Source: Flavobacteriaceae bacterium (GTDB taxonomy: Bacteria > Bacteroidota > Bacteroidia > Flavobacteriales > Flavobacteriaceae). From it: DNA of 32,000 bases. The stretch is taken from positions 1,020,001-1,052,000 of the forward strand of contig OZ245049.1 of assembly GCA_965224465.1 (NCBI GenBank), written 5' to 3'. Under the pieces are notes generated by a model. The model did not search any database. It saw only the letters and a program-made list of their open reading frames with translations, and was not told where the DNA came from. Positions 1 through 7,386 of this stretch are shown here, one piece after another. Made by a program: the position numbers and the translations under genes. How positions within the stretch are numbered: position 1 is the stretch's first letter; each line of letters starts with the position of its first letter.

Positions 1-118
1 CTAAGAATAGTAGCGGATTTCAAGGTACGAACCTTTCAATTTATCACTAAACTTTATTCAAAGATACTCACTTTTAATTTAGCAAAAAAACCGCTATTAT
101 TTTTATACATTGTTAGTC
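1..118. repeat. Short inter-cassette element S0 (attC-like imperfect inverted repeat), cut by the window edge
   Basis: Arms 1-16 (ctaagaatagtagcgg) and 91-106 (ccgctattatttttat) are complementary apart from two G:T positions. There is an internal hairpin at 22-35 (aaggt-acga-acctt). The architecture matches element S1 at 4851-5050. GTTAG at 112-116 overlaps the RT stop codon. Confidence 0.5.
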
Positions 119-1999
119 ATTCGCCTTATTTTTATTCCGTTCTAATACTTGATAATAGTAACTAAAAGGTTTGTCATAAAATATGATTTGTTTTTTTCTT
201 TCTATGTCGTCTTCATCATCATCTTCCTTTTCTTTTTCAAGATTTTTGACAGACTTTAACAAGTCGTAATATAATTTACTACGATTCCTATCTAACTGTT
301 TAATTTGTAATATTGAATCTTTATTTAGACTTAATTCCTTAAAACCATTTTTCCAACACATATCTGTTGAAACTTCTTCAAAATTGTTTAACCCAATTCT
401 TCCAACTGACATTCCAATTAATCTATTTATTGCAGATTCAATAACATATCCTTTGAATTTTCTTTGTCCAAGTTCGATTGCTTTTTCAATTTCATTTACT
501 ATCTTTTTCTGCTTTTTAAGTTCTTTTTCTAATGAATTTTTTCTAACACGAATGTTTCCTTTATGATGAATTTCATATCCAACAAAACTAATCCAAGGAA
601 AGCCATTATTATGGATTGAATCCCATTTATATGCTCCTTTTGATTTAGTGTGCCAAAATGGTTTAATTGTAAATTCGGTTTTACTTATCTTCTCTGTTAA
701 TTCATATACAAACTTATGTGGAACTAATTTCAACTCTTTTAAACAGTTTTTGTAAATGTTTTTTGCTTTTTCACATATTTTTTTATCCTTATGTATTATT
801 AGCATATCATCACAAAATCGAATATAAAAGACTTCTGTTTTTAACAATTCTTTATCAGCCTCATTTAGTACAATGTTTGCAATTAATCCCGATAAAGCAC
901 CACCTTGTGGCACTCCAATTCTTTCTTCCTCAATGTTTGAATAGTATTTTAATTCTATTAATCGATTCTTAATCCAACCAAACTCGCCATTTGGTATTTT
1001 ATAACTATCCCAATATTTAGTATTATTTGATAATGGAATATTTATATTAAAAGCATAACAGTTTAAATATTCATTAAAAATATGTTTCACAATTTTGAAA
1101 TCAAAATCTGGATTATCTTCTTTTGATTTATCTATTAAATTGTTAAATAGTTTTTTTACGATTTTATGATTAACTGAATCGTAAAATTTTTCCATATCAC
1201 ATTCAACAACAAACAATGGTTCATAGTTGTTTTTCTTTTGTAATTCAATAACGTTTTTTATACAATCGTGATGTGAAATCGTAGATGTTCCTTCCTTATT
1301 TTTTTTTGAACGAAAAGCGTATGAAGAATCTTGAAAATATCCATCAAATAAATTAGTTAGAAATTTATTTGATATACTTAAAATAATTCTTTCTTTCAAT
1401 GAAAACATTGAAATAGGGCGACATTTATTAGTTTCAGTTTTAGAAATTAATTCCTCCTTTAGTTTTGGGAAAACAAGAGGCCTTTTTATATTAAAATCAT
1501 CATTTTCAATTGCTGATTGAATATTTTTTACAAACTTATCAAGTTCTATAAGCCAATTTACTTTAGGGTCTTTTTTTCGATAAAGTTTTATTGTTTTTAA
1601 TATTGAATAAAAATTTTTATCATTTGAAGTTAATTTTTCAGTTCCATCTCTATTCATTCTTGATTTGCAACCAAGTTTTACCCATTTTTTTCGTGGTGGA
1701 AGAATTTTACTTAATTGATTGTTTAACTCAAATTGATATTTTGAAAATTCATTTTCATCAACTATTTTTTGTTCTTTGAGATGGTAATTATATTTATCAG
1801 AATCAGTTAAAAGATGAATTAGGTGTTTTTTATTTCGAGTTTTAGCAATTTTAACACGTAATTTACAAATGTGAGTTACAATTGCTCTTTCTGTAAAATA
1901 TGTAGAAAATTCTTTCATAATATAAAATAAGAAAAAGGGTTCCTGTAAAGTGCTTACGCACATATTGACAAAGATACTGACATATAAATGTCGAGCCAT
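113..1999 (-). CDS. Reverse transcriptase (RNA-directed DNA polymerase), family not assignable by eye (group-II-like, retron or UG/Abi type)
   Basis: 628-aa ORF with the RT motif series: FVVECDMEKFYDSVNH (motif 3), GVPQGGALSGLIANIVLNEAD (motif 4), YIRFCDDMLII (YxDD-type catalytic motif) and ISFVGYEI (motif 7). It has a long N-terminal extension and an acidic C-terminal tail. An alternative start at 1918 (MKEFSTYF) is possible. Confidence 0.85.
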   Translation of the reverse strand: MARHLYVSIFVNMCVSTLQEPFFLFYIMKEFSTYFTERAIVTHICKLRVKIAKTRNKKHLIHLLTDSDKYNYHLKEQKIVDENEFSKYQFELNNQLSKILPPRKKWVKLGCKSRMNRDGTEKLTSNDKNFYSILKTIKLYRKKDPKVNWLIELDKFVKNIQSAIENDDFNIKRPLVFPKLKEELISKTETNKCRPISMFSLKERIILSISNKFLTNLFDGYFQDSSYAFRSKKNKEGTSTISHHDCIKNVIELQKKNNYEPLFVVECDMEKFYDSVNHKIVKKLFNNLIDKSKEDNPDFDFKIVKHIFNEYLNCYAFNINIPLSNNTKYWDSYKIPNGEFGWIKNRLIELKYYSNIEEERIGVPQGGALSGLIANIVLNEADKELLKTEVFYIRFCDDMLIIHKDKKICEKAKNIYKNCLKELKLVPHKFVYELTEKISKTEFTIKPFWHTKSKGAYKWDSIHNNGFPWISFVGYEIHHKGNIRVRKNSLEKELKKQKKIVNEIEKAIELGQRKFKGYVIESAINRLIGMSVGRIGLNNFEEVSTDMCWKNGFKELSLNKDSILQIKQLDRNRSKLYYDLLKSVKNLEKEKEDDDEDDIERKKQIIFYDKPFSYYYQVLERNKNKAND

Positions 2000-2061
2000 T
2001 TTTTTTAAGTCCTCTGGTAAATGACTAAAAAATACCGTTGAAGAGGATGATACTTACGAGA

Positions 2062-3090
2062 TTAACCCGCCTCAGAACCCTTTTTCTTCTGTTGTTTAGT
2101 TAAATATCCTTTTTCGTTTGCTAAATGTATTATTGAATTAAATTTTATTGAACCATTTCTTGATTCATAACAGTTTTCTAAAAAATTAGCACAATTAGTT
2201 TCATCATACTTCTCTTTATCGATTGCACTAAATCGTTTAAAATAGTTCAATCCAATATCATAGGTGAATGAATTAGAAATAGACATTGCAACCTTGTACC
2301 AATTTTCATACGAAGTTGTTATAGATGAATTTTTACGTTCTAAAAACTTAATTATTGCACCTATTGTTTTTCTATCACTTTGATTGTTCCTATTTAGTGG
2401 GTTAAGTAGCGAATCTTTGCTACTAACACTTTTTACTTTTATTGTTTTTTCTTTTTTTTCAGTATTCAGTACTAATAGGTCAGATTCTGAAATTTCAAAT
2501 GATTGATAATTTTCTTTTAAAATCAATTCATTATCATAAGAAAAAAAACACAAACGTGTTGTATCGCTTCCACTTTTGTCTAATTCAATATCATAATTAC
2601 TCTTAAAATAGTCAGAAAGTTTTTTGAAAGCACTTCTGTGTGCTAAATCAAGATTCTCATTATTTAGTTCAAATTTATATTGAATAGAAATCAACCCTTT
2701 TATTCCTTTATTAGATGGCGATTTCCAAAAAGTAAAAATTAAAGGGTCTTTATCTAAAAAGCACCAAACTTTTTTTAATTCCTCATTTTCAAGTTTGTCA
2801 ATGTCAATTACAATAATTGAATTATATTTTTTTAATTGTTCTTTTCTTCTTTTGTTTTCGAATGTTGCACAAAATGTTATTGCTGGTAATTTTACTTTTT
2901 GTTTGTCGTATTCGGCTTTATTTCCGTTTTTAAGATGAGTTCTTAAATTCTCAATTTTTGATTTATATATATCAGATTTTATTAGTCTTAAAGATTCTTG
3001 AATTGTAATCTCTTTCGATAATGTTGCCCAAGTGTTTTCTTGATACGATACGTTATATTTTAATATTTTTTTTATTGAATTCAAGAGCAT
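2062..3090 (-). CDS. AEP-superfamily primase-like protein (BT4734/VirE_N-like N-terminus plus PriCT-like C-terminus)
   Basis: 342-aa ORF lying 62 nt upstream of the RT on the same strand. It has an IIVIDIDKL acidic DxD-type motif preceded by LPAITFCATF, as in BT4734-like primase N-domains. The C-terminal WYKVAMSISNSF...GLNYFKRFS...YDETNCANFLENCY resembles PriCT. Recognised by motif only. Confidence 0.5.
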   Translation of the reverse strand: MLLNSIKKILKYNVSYQENTWATLSKEITIQESLRLIKSDIYKSKIENLRTHLKNGNKAEYDKQKVKLPAITFCATFENKRRKEQLKKYNSIIVIDIDKLENEELKKVWCFLDKDPLIFTFWKSPSNKGIKGLISIQYKFELNNENLDLAHRSAFKKLSDYFKSNYDIELDKSGSDTTRLCFFSYDNELILKENYQSFEISESDLLVLNTEKKEKTIKVKSVSSKDSLLNPLNRNNQSDRKTIGAIIKFLERKNSSITTSYENWYKVAMSISNSFTYDIGLNYFKRFSAIDKEKYDETNCANFLENCYESRNGSIKFNSIIHLANEKGYLTKQQKKKGSEAG

Positions 3091-3120
3091 TTTTTTTAGA
3101 GTATCGTTTTTGGGTGATGG

Positions 3121-3812
3121 CTAACACCTCTATATCCACAATAGCAACCCTAAAGTTGACGTTATTTCCGCAATACCTACAAGCACTACAGAGGCTGTTA
3201 AATTTATAGTTTAAAGGTAGTTAATAATTTAAATCACCAGTATATAACTGGCGTATTTATTAACAAAAATTTACTGTAAAGTGTTACATGCATACTTTGT
3301 AGTATTTGCAGTACTTGTAGGGGTTTAATTGGTGCTAATTCCTTAGGGAACGGTGTGTTTTTTAGCTGTATGATTTATTTTAACAGTATTATCACTTCTA
3401 AAAACAGGAATACTGGGTGTATTTTACGCTTAAAAAGTCTTCGTATTCAAACAATCGTTTTAACCGTTTAAAACGGTTATTTTAAGGACAAGAATAAAAA
3501 TTAAGTCTTCTTTTTAAAAAAAATATTGCCGTCAGGTACTAATAACAGAATAAAAAAACAAACATAGCCACGTAAAGGGAAACGCATGCCAAAACACTAC
3601 TGACCAACACTTATCCGTATCAAAAAAACAGTAAAAACATATTCCACAAAAGAGCGTGAGAGCAAATAACCTAAAAACAGGTGGTATCTATTAAGGTCTT
3701 TGTCTATAGCCTCTTAATTAATTGCACGTAATCCCGACAGAAACAGGTTTTGAACCGGTGTAGTCAACAGGATGTTCATGCTGGGCGCTACGCACCGCAC
3801 GAACACTTAGTT
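3121..3812. repeat. Inter-cassette module A (variant: conserved L part 3121-3171, unique insert 3172-3535, conserved R part 3536-3812)
   Basis: The ends align with modules B-E: ctaacacc..gttgacgttatttccg on the left, and gtactaata...cacgaacacttagtt on the right. The middle has no counterpart in the other copies. Confidence 0.85.
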
Positions 3813-3824
3813 ATTGCCAAAACG

Positions 3825-4844
3825 TTACTTATTTTGTTTAACACCTTTAACATATTCTATTCGTTTAATCACAGTTCCGTTTGCATTATATTCTTTCCAA
3901 ATCCCCTCTTTTTTCATTTTGTTTTTTTCTCCCGAATAATATAGTTTACCTGTGTTATCGTAATATTTAAAATAGTAACTATCTCTACTCTCATTGTAAT
4001 TAACAACTTCTTGCAATGTTCCGTTAGTTCTAAAAAGGGTATATTTTGTACGTTTTTCATTTTTAATAAAGAATTCAAGTTTAGACATTGATTTAGTCTC
4101 GGAGAAGTAGTGTTTCCACTGATTAGCCATTTCTCCATTTAAATATTCTCCTGTTTTTTTAATATTCCCATTGGAAAAATAACTTACCCATATTCCATTT
4201 TTCTCATTATTCAAATAAACACCAGCACTTGATAGCTTTCCATTTTCATGATAATACGCACATTTTCCATGTTTTCTACCTTTCGAATACTTAATTTTCA
4301 TTTGCAGTGTGCCATCAGAATATTCAAATATCCATACTCCTTCACGATAATTCTCTTTATTTATTCCTTTATAAAAAAAAGAACCGCTTTGATGATAACT
4401 TATATTGACCCCGTGACAAACTCCAGATTTAAAATTTTCAACACCTCTAATCTCGCCATTTTCTCTAAAATCCTTCCATTCTCCGTGTTTTTTTCCTTTT
4501 TTGTAGTTCCCTATAGAACTTAAGTAATTTCCAAAATAATATATTTTCCATTCTCCATCTTTTAGATCATTAGCATAGTTCCCTTCACTTTCTTTTTTCC
4601 CTGTATTTCGTTTATAATAAATCCAATGACCCTTCCTTCTTCCATTGGAGTAATTCCCTTCTTTAATTTTATTCCCAGTATCTTGGTTAAAATAAACCCA
4701 ATGACCTTCTTTATTCCCATTGGAATAAACACCCTTATTTTCAATTATTTCGGACACTTCAATTGATTCAATTTCTTCTTGGGAAAAGGAATTAATTGAA
4801 AACAAGAAAATAATAATATTTGTAATTAAGTTAATTTTTTTCAT
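3825..4844 (-). CDS. Secreted MORN-repeat-variant (YwqK-like) protein
   Basis: N-terminal signal peptide MKKINLITNIIIFLFSINSFSQ, followed by repeated G.W..YY.NG......G.Y.NG...G.W units typical of the MORN variant / YwqK antitoxin-like family. Confidence 0.7.
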   Translation of the reverse strand: MKKINLITNIIIFLFSINSFSQEEIESIEVSEIIENKGVYSNGNKEGHWVYFNQDTGNKIKEGNYSNGRRKGHWIYYKRNTGKKESEGNYANDLKDGEWKIYYFGNYLSSIGNYKKGKKHGEWKDFRENGEIRGVENFKSGVCHGVNISYHQSGSFFYKGINKENYREGVWIFEYSDGTLQMKIKYSKGRKHGKCAYYHENGKLSSAGVYLNNEKNGIWVSYFSNGNIKKTGEYLNGEMANQWKHYFSETKSMSKLEFFIKNEKRTKYTLFRTNGTLQEVVNYNESRDSYYFKYYDNTGKLYYSGEKNKMKKEGIWKEYNANGTVIKRIEYVKGVKQNK

Positions 4845-4850
4845 AATGTT

Positions 4851-5050
4851 GCCAACGTTTGGCTAAGCGCAGTGCGAATTAGGAAGTACGGACTTTCAAG
4901 TTTGCAATTAGCTAAATCTTTTTATTTTGTTTTATCTTTTTTTCCTAAAACCAAATCAAAGGGTTTACCTTCGATGAGACTTCGTGTTGAAGGTCTTTGT
5001 TAAAAATACTGAATTTTTAATTAAGCATCAAACCCGCATTGCGTTTAGTT
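4851..5050. repeat. Short inter-cassette element S1 (attC-like imperfect inverted repeat)
   Basis: Arms 4863-4876 (ctaagcgcagtgcg) and 5035-5048 (cgcattgcgtttag) match at 12 of 14 positions, and both mismatches are G:T on the plus strand. Internal hairpin at 4884-4895 (aagt-acgg-actt). A small perfect hairpin gccaa-cgt-ttggc sits at 4851-4863. The element fills the whole gap between ORFs 5069..5779 and 3825..4844. Confidence 0.6.
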
Positions 5051-5068
5051 GCTGTCGTAGCCAGTGCT

Positions 5069-5779
5069 TTATTTTTCATAGTAATAAGTACGTGTCAAAT
5101 TGTAACTAACTATTCTATTATTTTCTTTTCCCCATTTCGCAAAGTCAGAATGACTCGATTTTTTCCATTCGACATAGTTTTCTACAATTTCCAAATCTTC
5201 ATTCAACACTTTCGTCCAATGTTCTTTTCGATTGGTGTCAATCAATTTGGAAATTTGTTCCTTAATTTTTTTAGCAAGTTTTAAATCGTCTGTCGCATTT
5301 CCAATGTATTCTTCTGGTAGGTGATGAATAGAGTAATAAATATTGAAAGTCCACCAGTTTAAAATTGTTTCTCTTGCTAAATCATCTTTAGGATTTAATT
5401 CAATTGACTTAAATAGGTGTTCTTCGCTTCTGTAATATTTTCCGAACCAAAGAAACGGTCGATTGTCAATTATCTCAATCTCACACCAATTTTCTAAAGT
5501 CGGTTTTATCAATCTATCACTAAGTGGTTGAGGAAATGGTCCATAACCTGCTTCTTGAATATTCTCGAATAAAGGAAAAAGAAATTTAACAAACTCAATT
5601 TTTTGGTCAATTGTCCATTCCTGAGTTGATTTTATAAATTTGTCAAGCTTTTTAAACGCTTGTTTTCTCAGACCTTTCTCTCTATCAAAACAGTAGTCGG
5701 CATAGTATTTCCACTCGGAATTTACCGATGCTGCATTTGCAATAGTCATTAGAGCGATATTTTGGTCTTTAGTAATCAT
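5069..5779 (-). CDS. Hypothetical protein (cassette cargo; possibly immunity-protein-like)
   Basis: 236-aa ORF that fills the cassette between module B and element S1. I recognise no motif in it. Confidence 0.6.
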   Translation of the reverse strand: MITKDQNIALMTIANAASVNSEWKYYADYCFDREKGLRKQAFKKLDKFIKSTQEWTIDQKIEFVKFLFPLFENIQEAGYGPFPQPLSDRLIKPTLENWCEIEIIDNRPFLWFGKYYRSEEHLFKSIELNPKDDLARETILNWWTFNIYYSIHHLPEEYIGNATDDLKLAKKIKEQISKLIDTNRKEHWTKVLNEDLEIVENYVEWKKSSHSDFAKWGKENNRIVSYNLTRTYYYEK

Positions 5780-5796
5780 TTTTTACGCATTGGATA

Positions 5797-6429
5797 CTTC
5801 CCCACGTATATCATCAATAAACTTCTAAAACTTGACGTTATTTCCGTTATGTCTATAATAGTTTCGGGGTATGTGTTGTTTTATTGTTAAAAGTATTCAA
5901 ATTTTTTAAATTTTCAAGCGTTCCACGATTTTTTAATTGTTAATTTCGATGGTCTTGGTGTAAATCTCTGTGATTTTTGTAGAAACAGATCCTAAGCACA
6001 ATTACAATCCAAAATACCCAATATAAATAGTTTAATTCACGTTCTAACGTTGTTAAAAAACAGAACAACTGTAAGATAGAAAAACTCAAAACCGTCTATC
6101 TATTTAGCGGAAGAGGCTCACACCTACTTATTGGTTACAACAACCAATAAAGCATGTACTAATAAGCAAAAAAAATAAACGTAGCCACGTAATGGGAAAC
6201 GCATTCTTAAACCCTGCTGACCAATACTTATCCGTATCTAAAAACGGCGCAAACCAATTCCTACAAAAGAGCGTGAGAGAAAATGATCTAAAAATAGGTG
6301 GTATCTATTAAGGTCTTTGTCGATAGCCTCTTAATTAATTACACGTAATCCCAACAGAAACAGGTTTTGAACTGGTGTAGTCAACAGGATGTTCATGCTG
6401 GGCGCTACGCACCGCACGAACACTTAGTT
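5797..6429. repeat. Inter-cassette module B (~630 bp)
   Basis: Near-identical by eye to 7387-8014, 8911-9540 and 11107-11753. Components: L part with CGTTAT-ttc-CGTTAT (5836-5850), truncated MITE head (about 5998-6066), palindrome 6128-6150, R part 6156-6429 with hairpin 6389-6423. Confidence 0.9.
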
Positions 6430-6454
6430 GTTGTGTGCTGGCTTTTTCTCACTT

Positions 6455-6919
6455 TTATTCATTAAAATAGTTTTCTGGCCATAAATAATCCGGCAAATGG
6501 TTTTTTATCATTTCAACCGCACTATCATACCCTCTTGCTTCTAATTCTCTGACAAAAAATGGCCAAGGTGGAATATTACTATTATAAGAATTTGATGAAG
6601 AGGTTGACATTCCTCCACCTTGTGAAGTAGATAATCCACCATATTGTGAAGTAGAAAGTCCACCATACTGTGAAGTAGATAATCCACCGTATTGTGAAGT
6701 CGAAAGCCCTCCATATTGTGAAGTTGACATTCCTCCATATTGAGAGGTTGACATTCCTCCATATTGTGATGTTGAAAGACCCCCATATTGAGATGTGGAC
6801 ATTCCTCCGTATTGGGAAGTTGACATTCCTCCATATTGCGAAGTAGATAATCCACCTCTTTGGCTTGTACTTAAATTTCTAGGCCAAGTTCTTAAATTTT
6901 TTATTATTGGTCTGCTCAT
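6455..6919 (-). CDS. Low-complexity STSQYGG-repeat protein with a unique C-terminal domain
   Basis: 154-aa ORF with 11 tandem octapeptides [LM]STSQ[YRG]GG, then a non-repetitive C-terminus PPWPFFVRELEARGYDSAVEMIKNHLPDYLWPENYFNE. It lies 12 nt downstream of ORF 6931..7353 in the same cassette. Confidence 0.65.
   Translation of the reverse strand: MSRPIIKNLRTWPRNLSTSQRGGLSTSQYGGMSTSQYGGMSTSQYGGLSTSQYGGMSTSQYGGMSTSQYGGLSTSQYGGLSTSQYGGLSTSQYGGLSTSQGGGMSTSSSNSYNSNIPPWPFFVRELEARGYDSAVEMIKNHLPDYLWPENYFNE
6599..6874 (-). repeat. 24-bp tandem coding repeat (about 11.5 units) inside ORF 6455..6919
   Basis: Period-24 units such as gaagtagataatccaccatattgt, gaagtcgaaagccctccatattgt and gatgtggacattcctccgtattgg differ mainly at codon third positions. 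Confidence 0.9.
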
Positions 6920-6930
6920 AATTATAGTAT

Positions 6931-7353
6931 TTATTCGTAGTTCAGTTTTGTGTTTTCGGTAATATGCAAAATATCAGGTTGGTCGCATTTTACAGCACCT
7001 CTTTTCAACATTCTTTCATAAAATCCATCTGTTAAATCAACTAAAAACACATCAAATTTAAAGTCTAATGATGACAAATAAATAATTGAAATCATATTTT
7101 CCCCAATATTGTAATGTTTTAAATGAAATGGAATGAAGATGTTGGATATATAAATTTGTTCGTTATTTTCATTAATTCCAATTCGTATGAACATTATATT
7201 TTCTCCGTCTGGTTTGTTTTCAATTCCATTTATTTGAATAGTAGAATCATAAAAACTTGATGAAAAACTATAATCAGGATTCAACTTTTGATTTAAGTAT
7301 TTTTCAAGATTATTTATAATAATAATAATAATATCTTCTTTTTTTTCCTCCAT
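6931..7353 (-). CDS. Hypothetical protein (first gene of a two-gene cassette)
   Basis: 140-aa ORF immediately downstream of module C on the cargo strand. No recognisable motif. Confidence 0.55.
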   Translation of the reverse strand: MEEKKEDIIIIIINNLEKYLNQKLNPDYSFSSSFYDSTIQINGIENKPDGENIMFIRIGINENNEQIYISNIFIPFHLKHYNIGENMISIIYLSSLDFKFDVFLVDLTDGFYERMLKRGAVKCDQPDILHITENTKLNYE

Positions 7354-7386
7354 AGTTTAATGTCAGTTCATTTTTTCCGCTTGCAC

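Noticed and set aside
384-1779. Plus-strand ORFs 384..566, 718..972 and 1591..1779. The same applies to 3021..3209, 4248..4523, 5039..5284, 8592..8783, 22988..23392, 24778..25017, 25288..25518, 28179..28727, 29829..30317, 30526..31582 and 17801..18055
   Set aside because: They are short, low-complexity ORFs antisense to longer ORFs that carry recognisable domains. AT-rich DNA produces such frames readily.
3750-3944. Plus-strand ORFs starting inside the R part of modules (3750..3944 and 9478..9750, MN.CSQ..VHAGR.APHEHLV)
   Set aside because: They use TTG starts, arise only because the repeat is conserved, and then run antisense into unrelated cargo genes. They have no consistent length or end.
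3914-4744. Same-strand alternative-frame ORFs 3914..4138 and 4562..4744 inside the MORN gene, 11879..12139 inside ORF 11766..12338, and 20738..20920 inside the DoxX-like gene
   Set aside because: They are nested within longer ORFs that have coherent repeat or domain structure. There is no independent support.
5797-6429. Modules as ORF-less group II introns mobilised by the RTs (including group IIC-attC-type insertion)
   Set aside because: On the cargo strand a GUGCG occurs near the 5' side, but I found no domain V-like 34-nt GC-rich hairpin with an AGC triad and GNRA loop. There is also no domain VI near the other end on either strand. The 3' ~90 nt are AT-rich and unstructured.
5797-6429. 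Bacteroidota-type promoter (TTTG ... TAnnTTTG) on the cargo strand inside the modules
   Set aside because: I scanned the plus strand for CAAAnnTA and found only near-misses (caaaactt, caaatttt, caaaatac). I therefore make no promoter call. A non-canonical promoter cannot be excluded.
6541-6855. 104-aa ORF in an alternative frame of the 24-bp tandem repeat
   Set aside because: It is a frame artefact of the periodic sequence. The STSQYGG frame has a proper start, a unique C-terminal domain and a synonymous-variation pattern.
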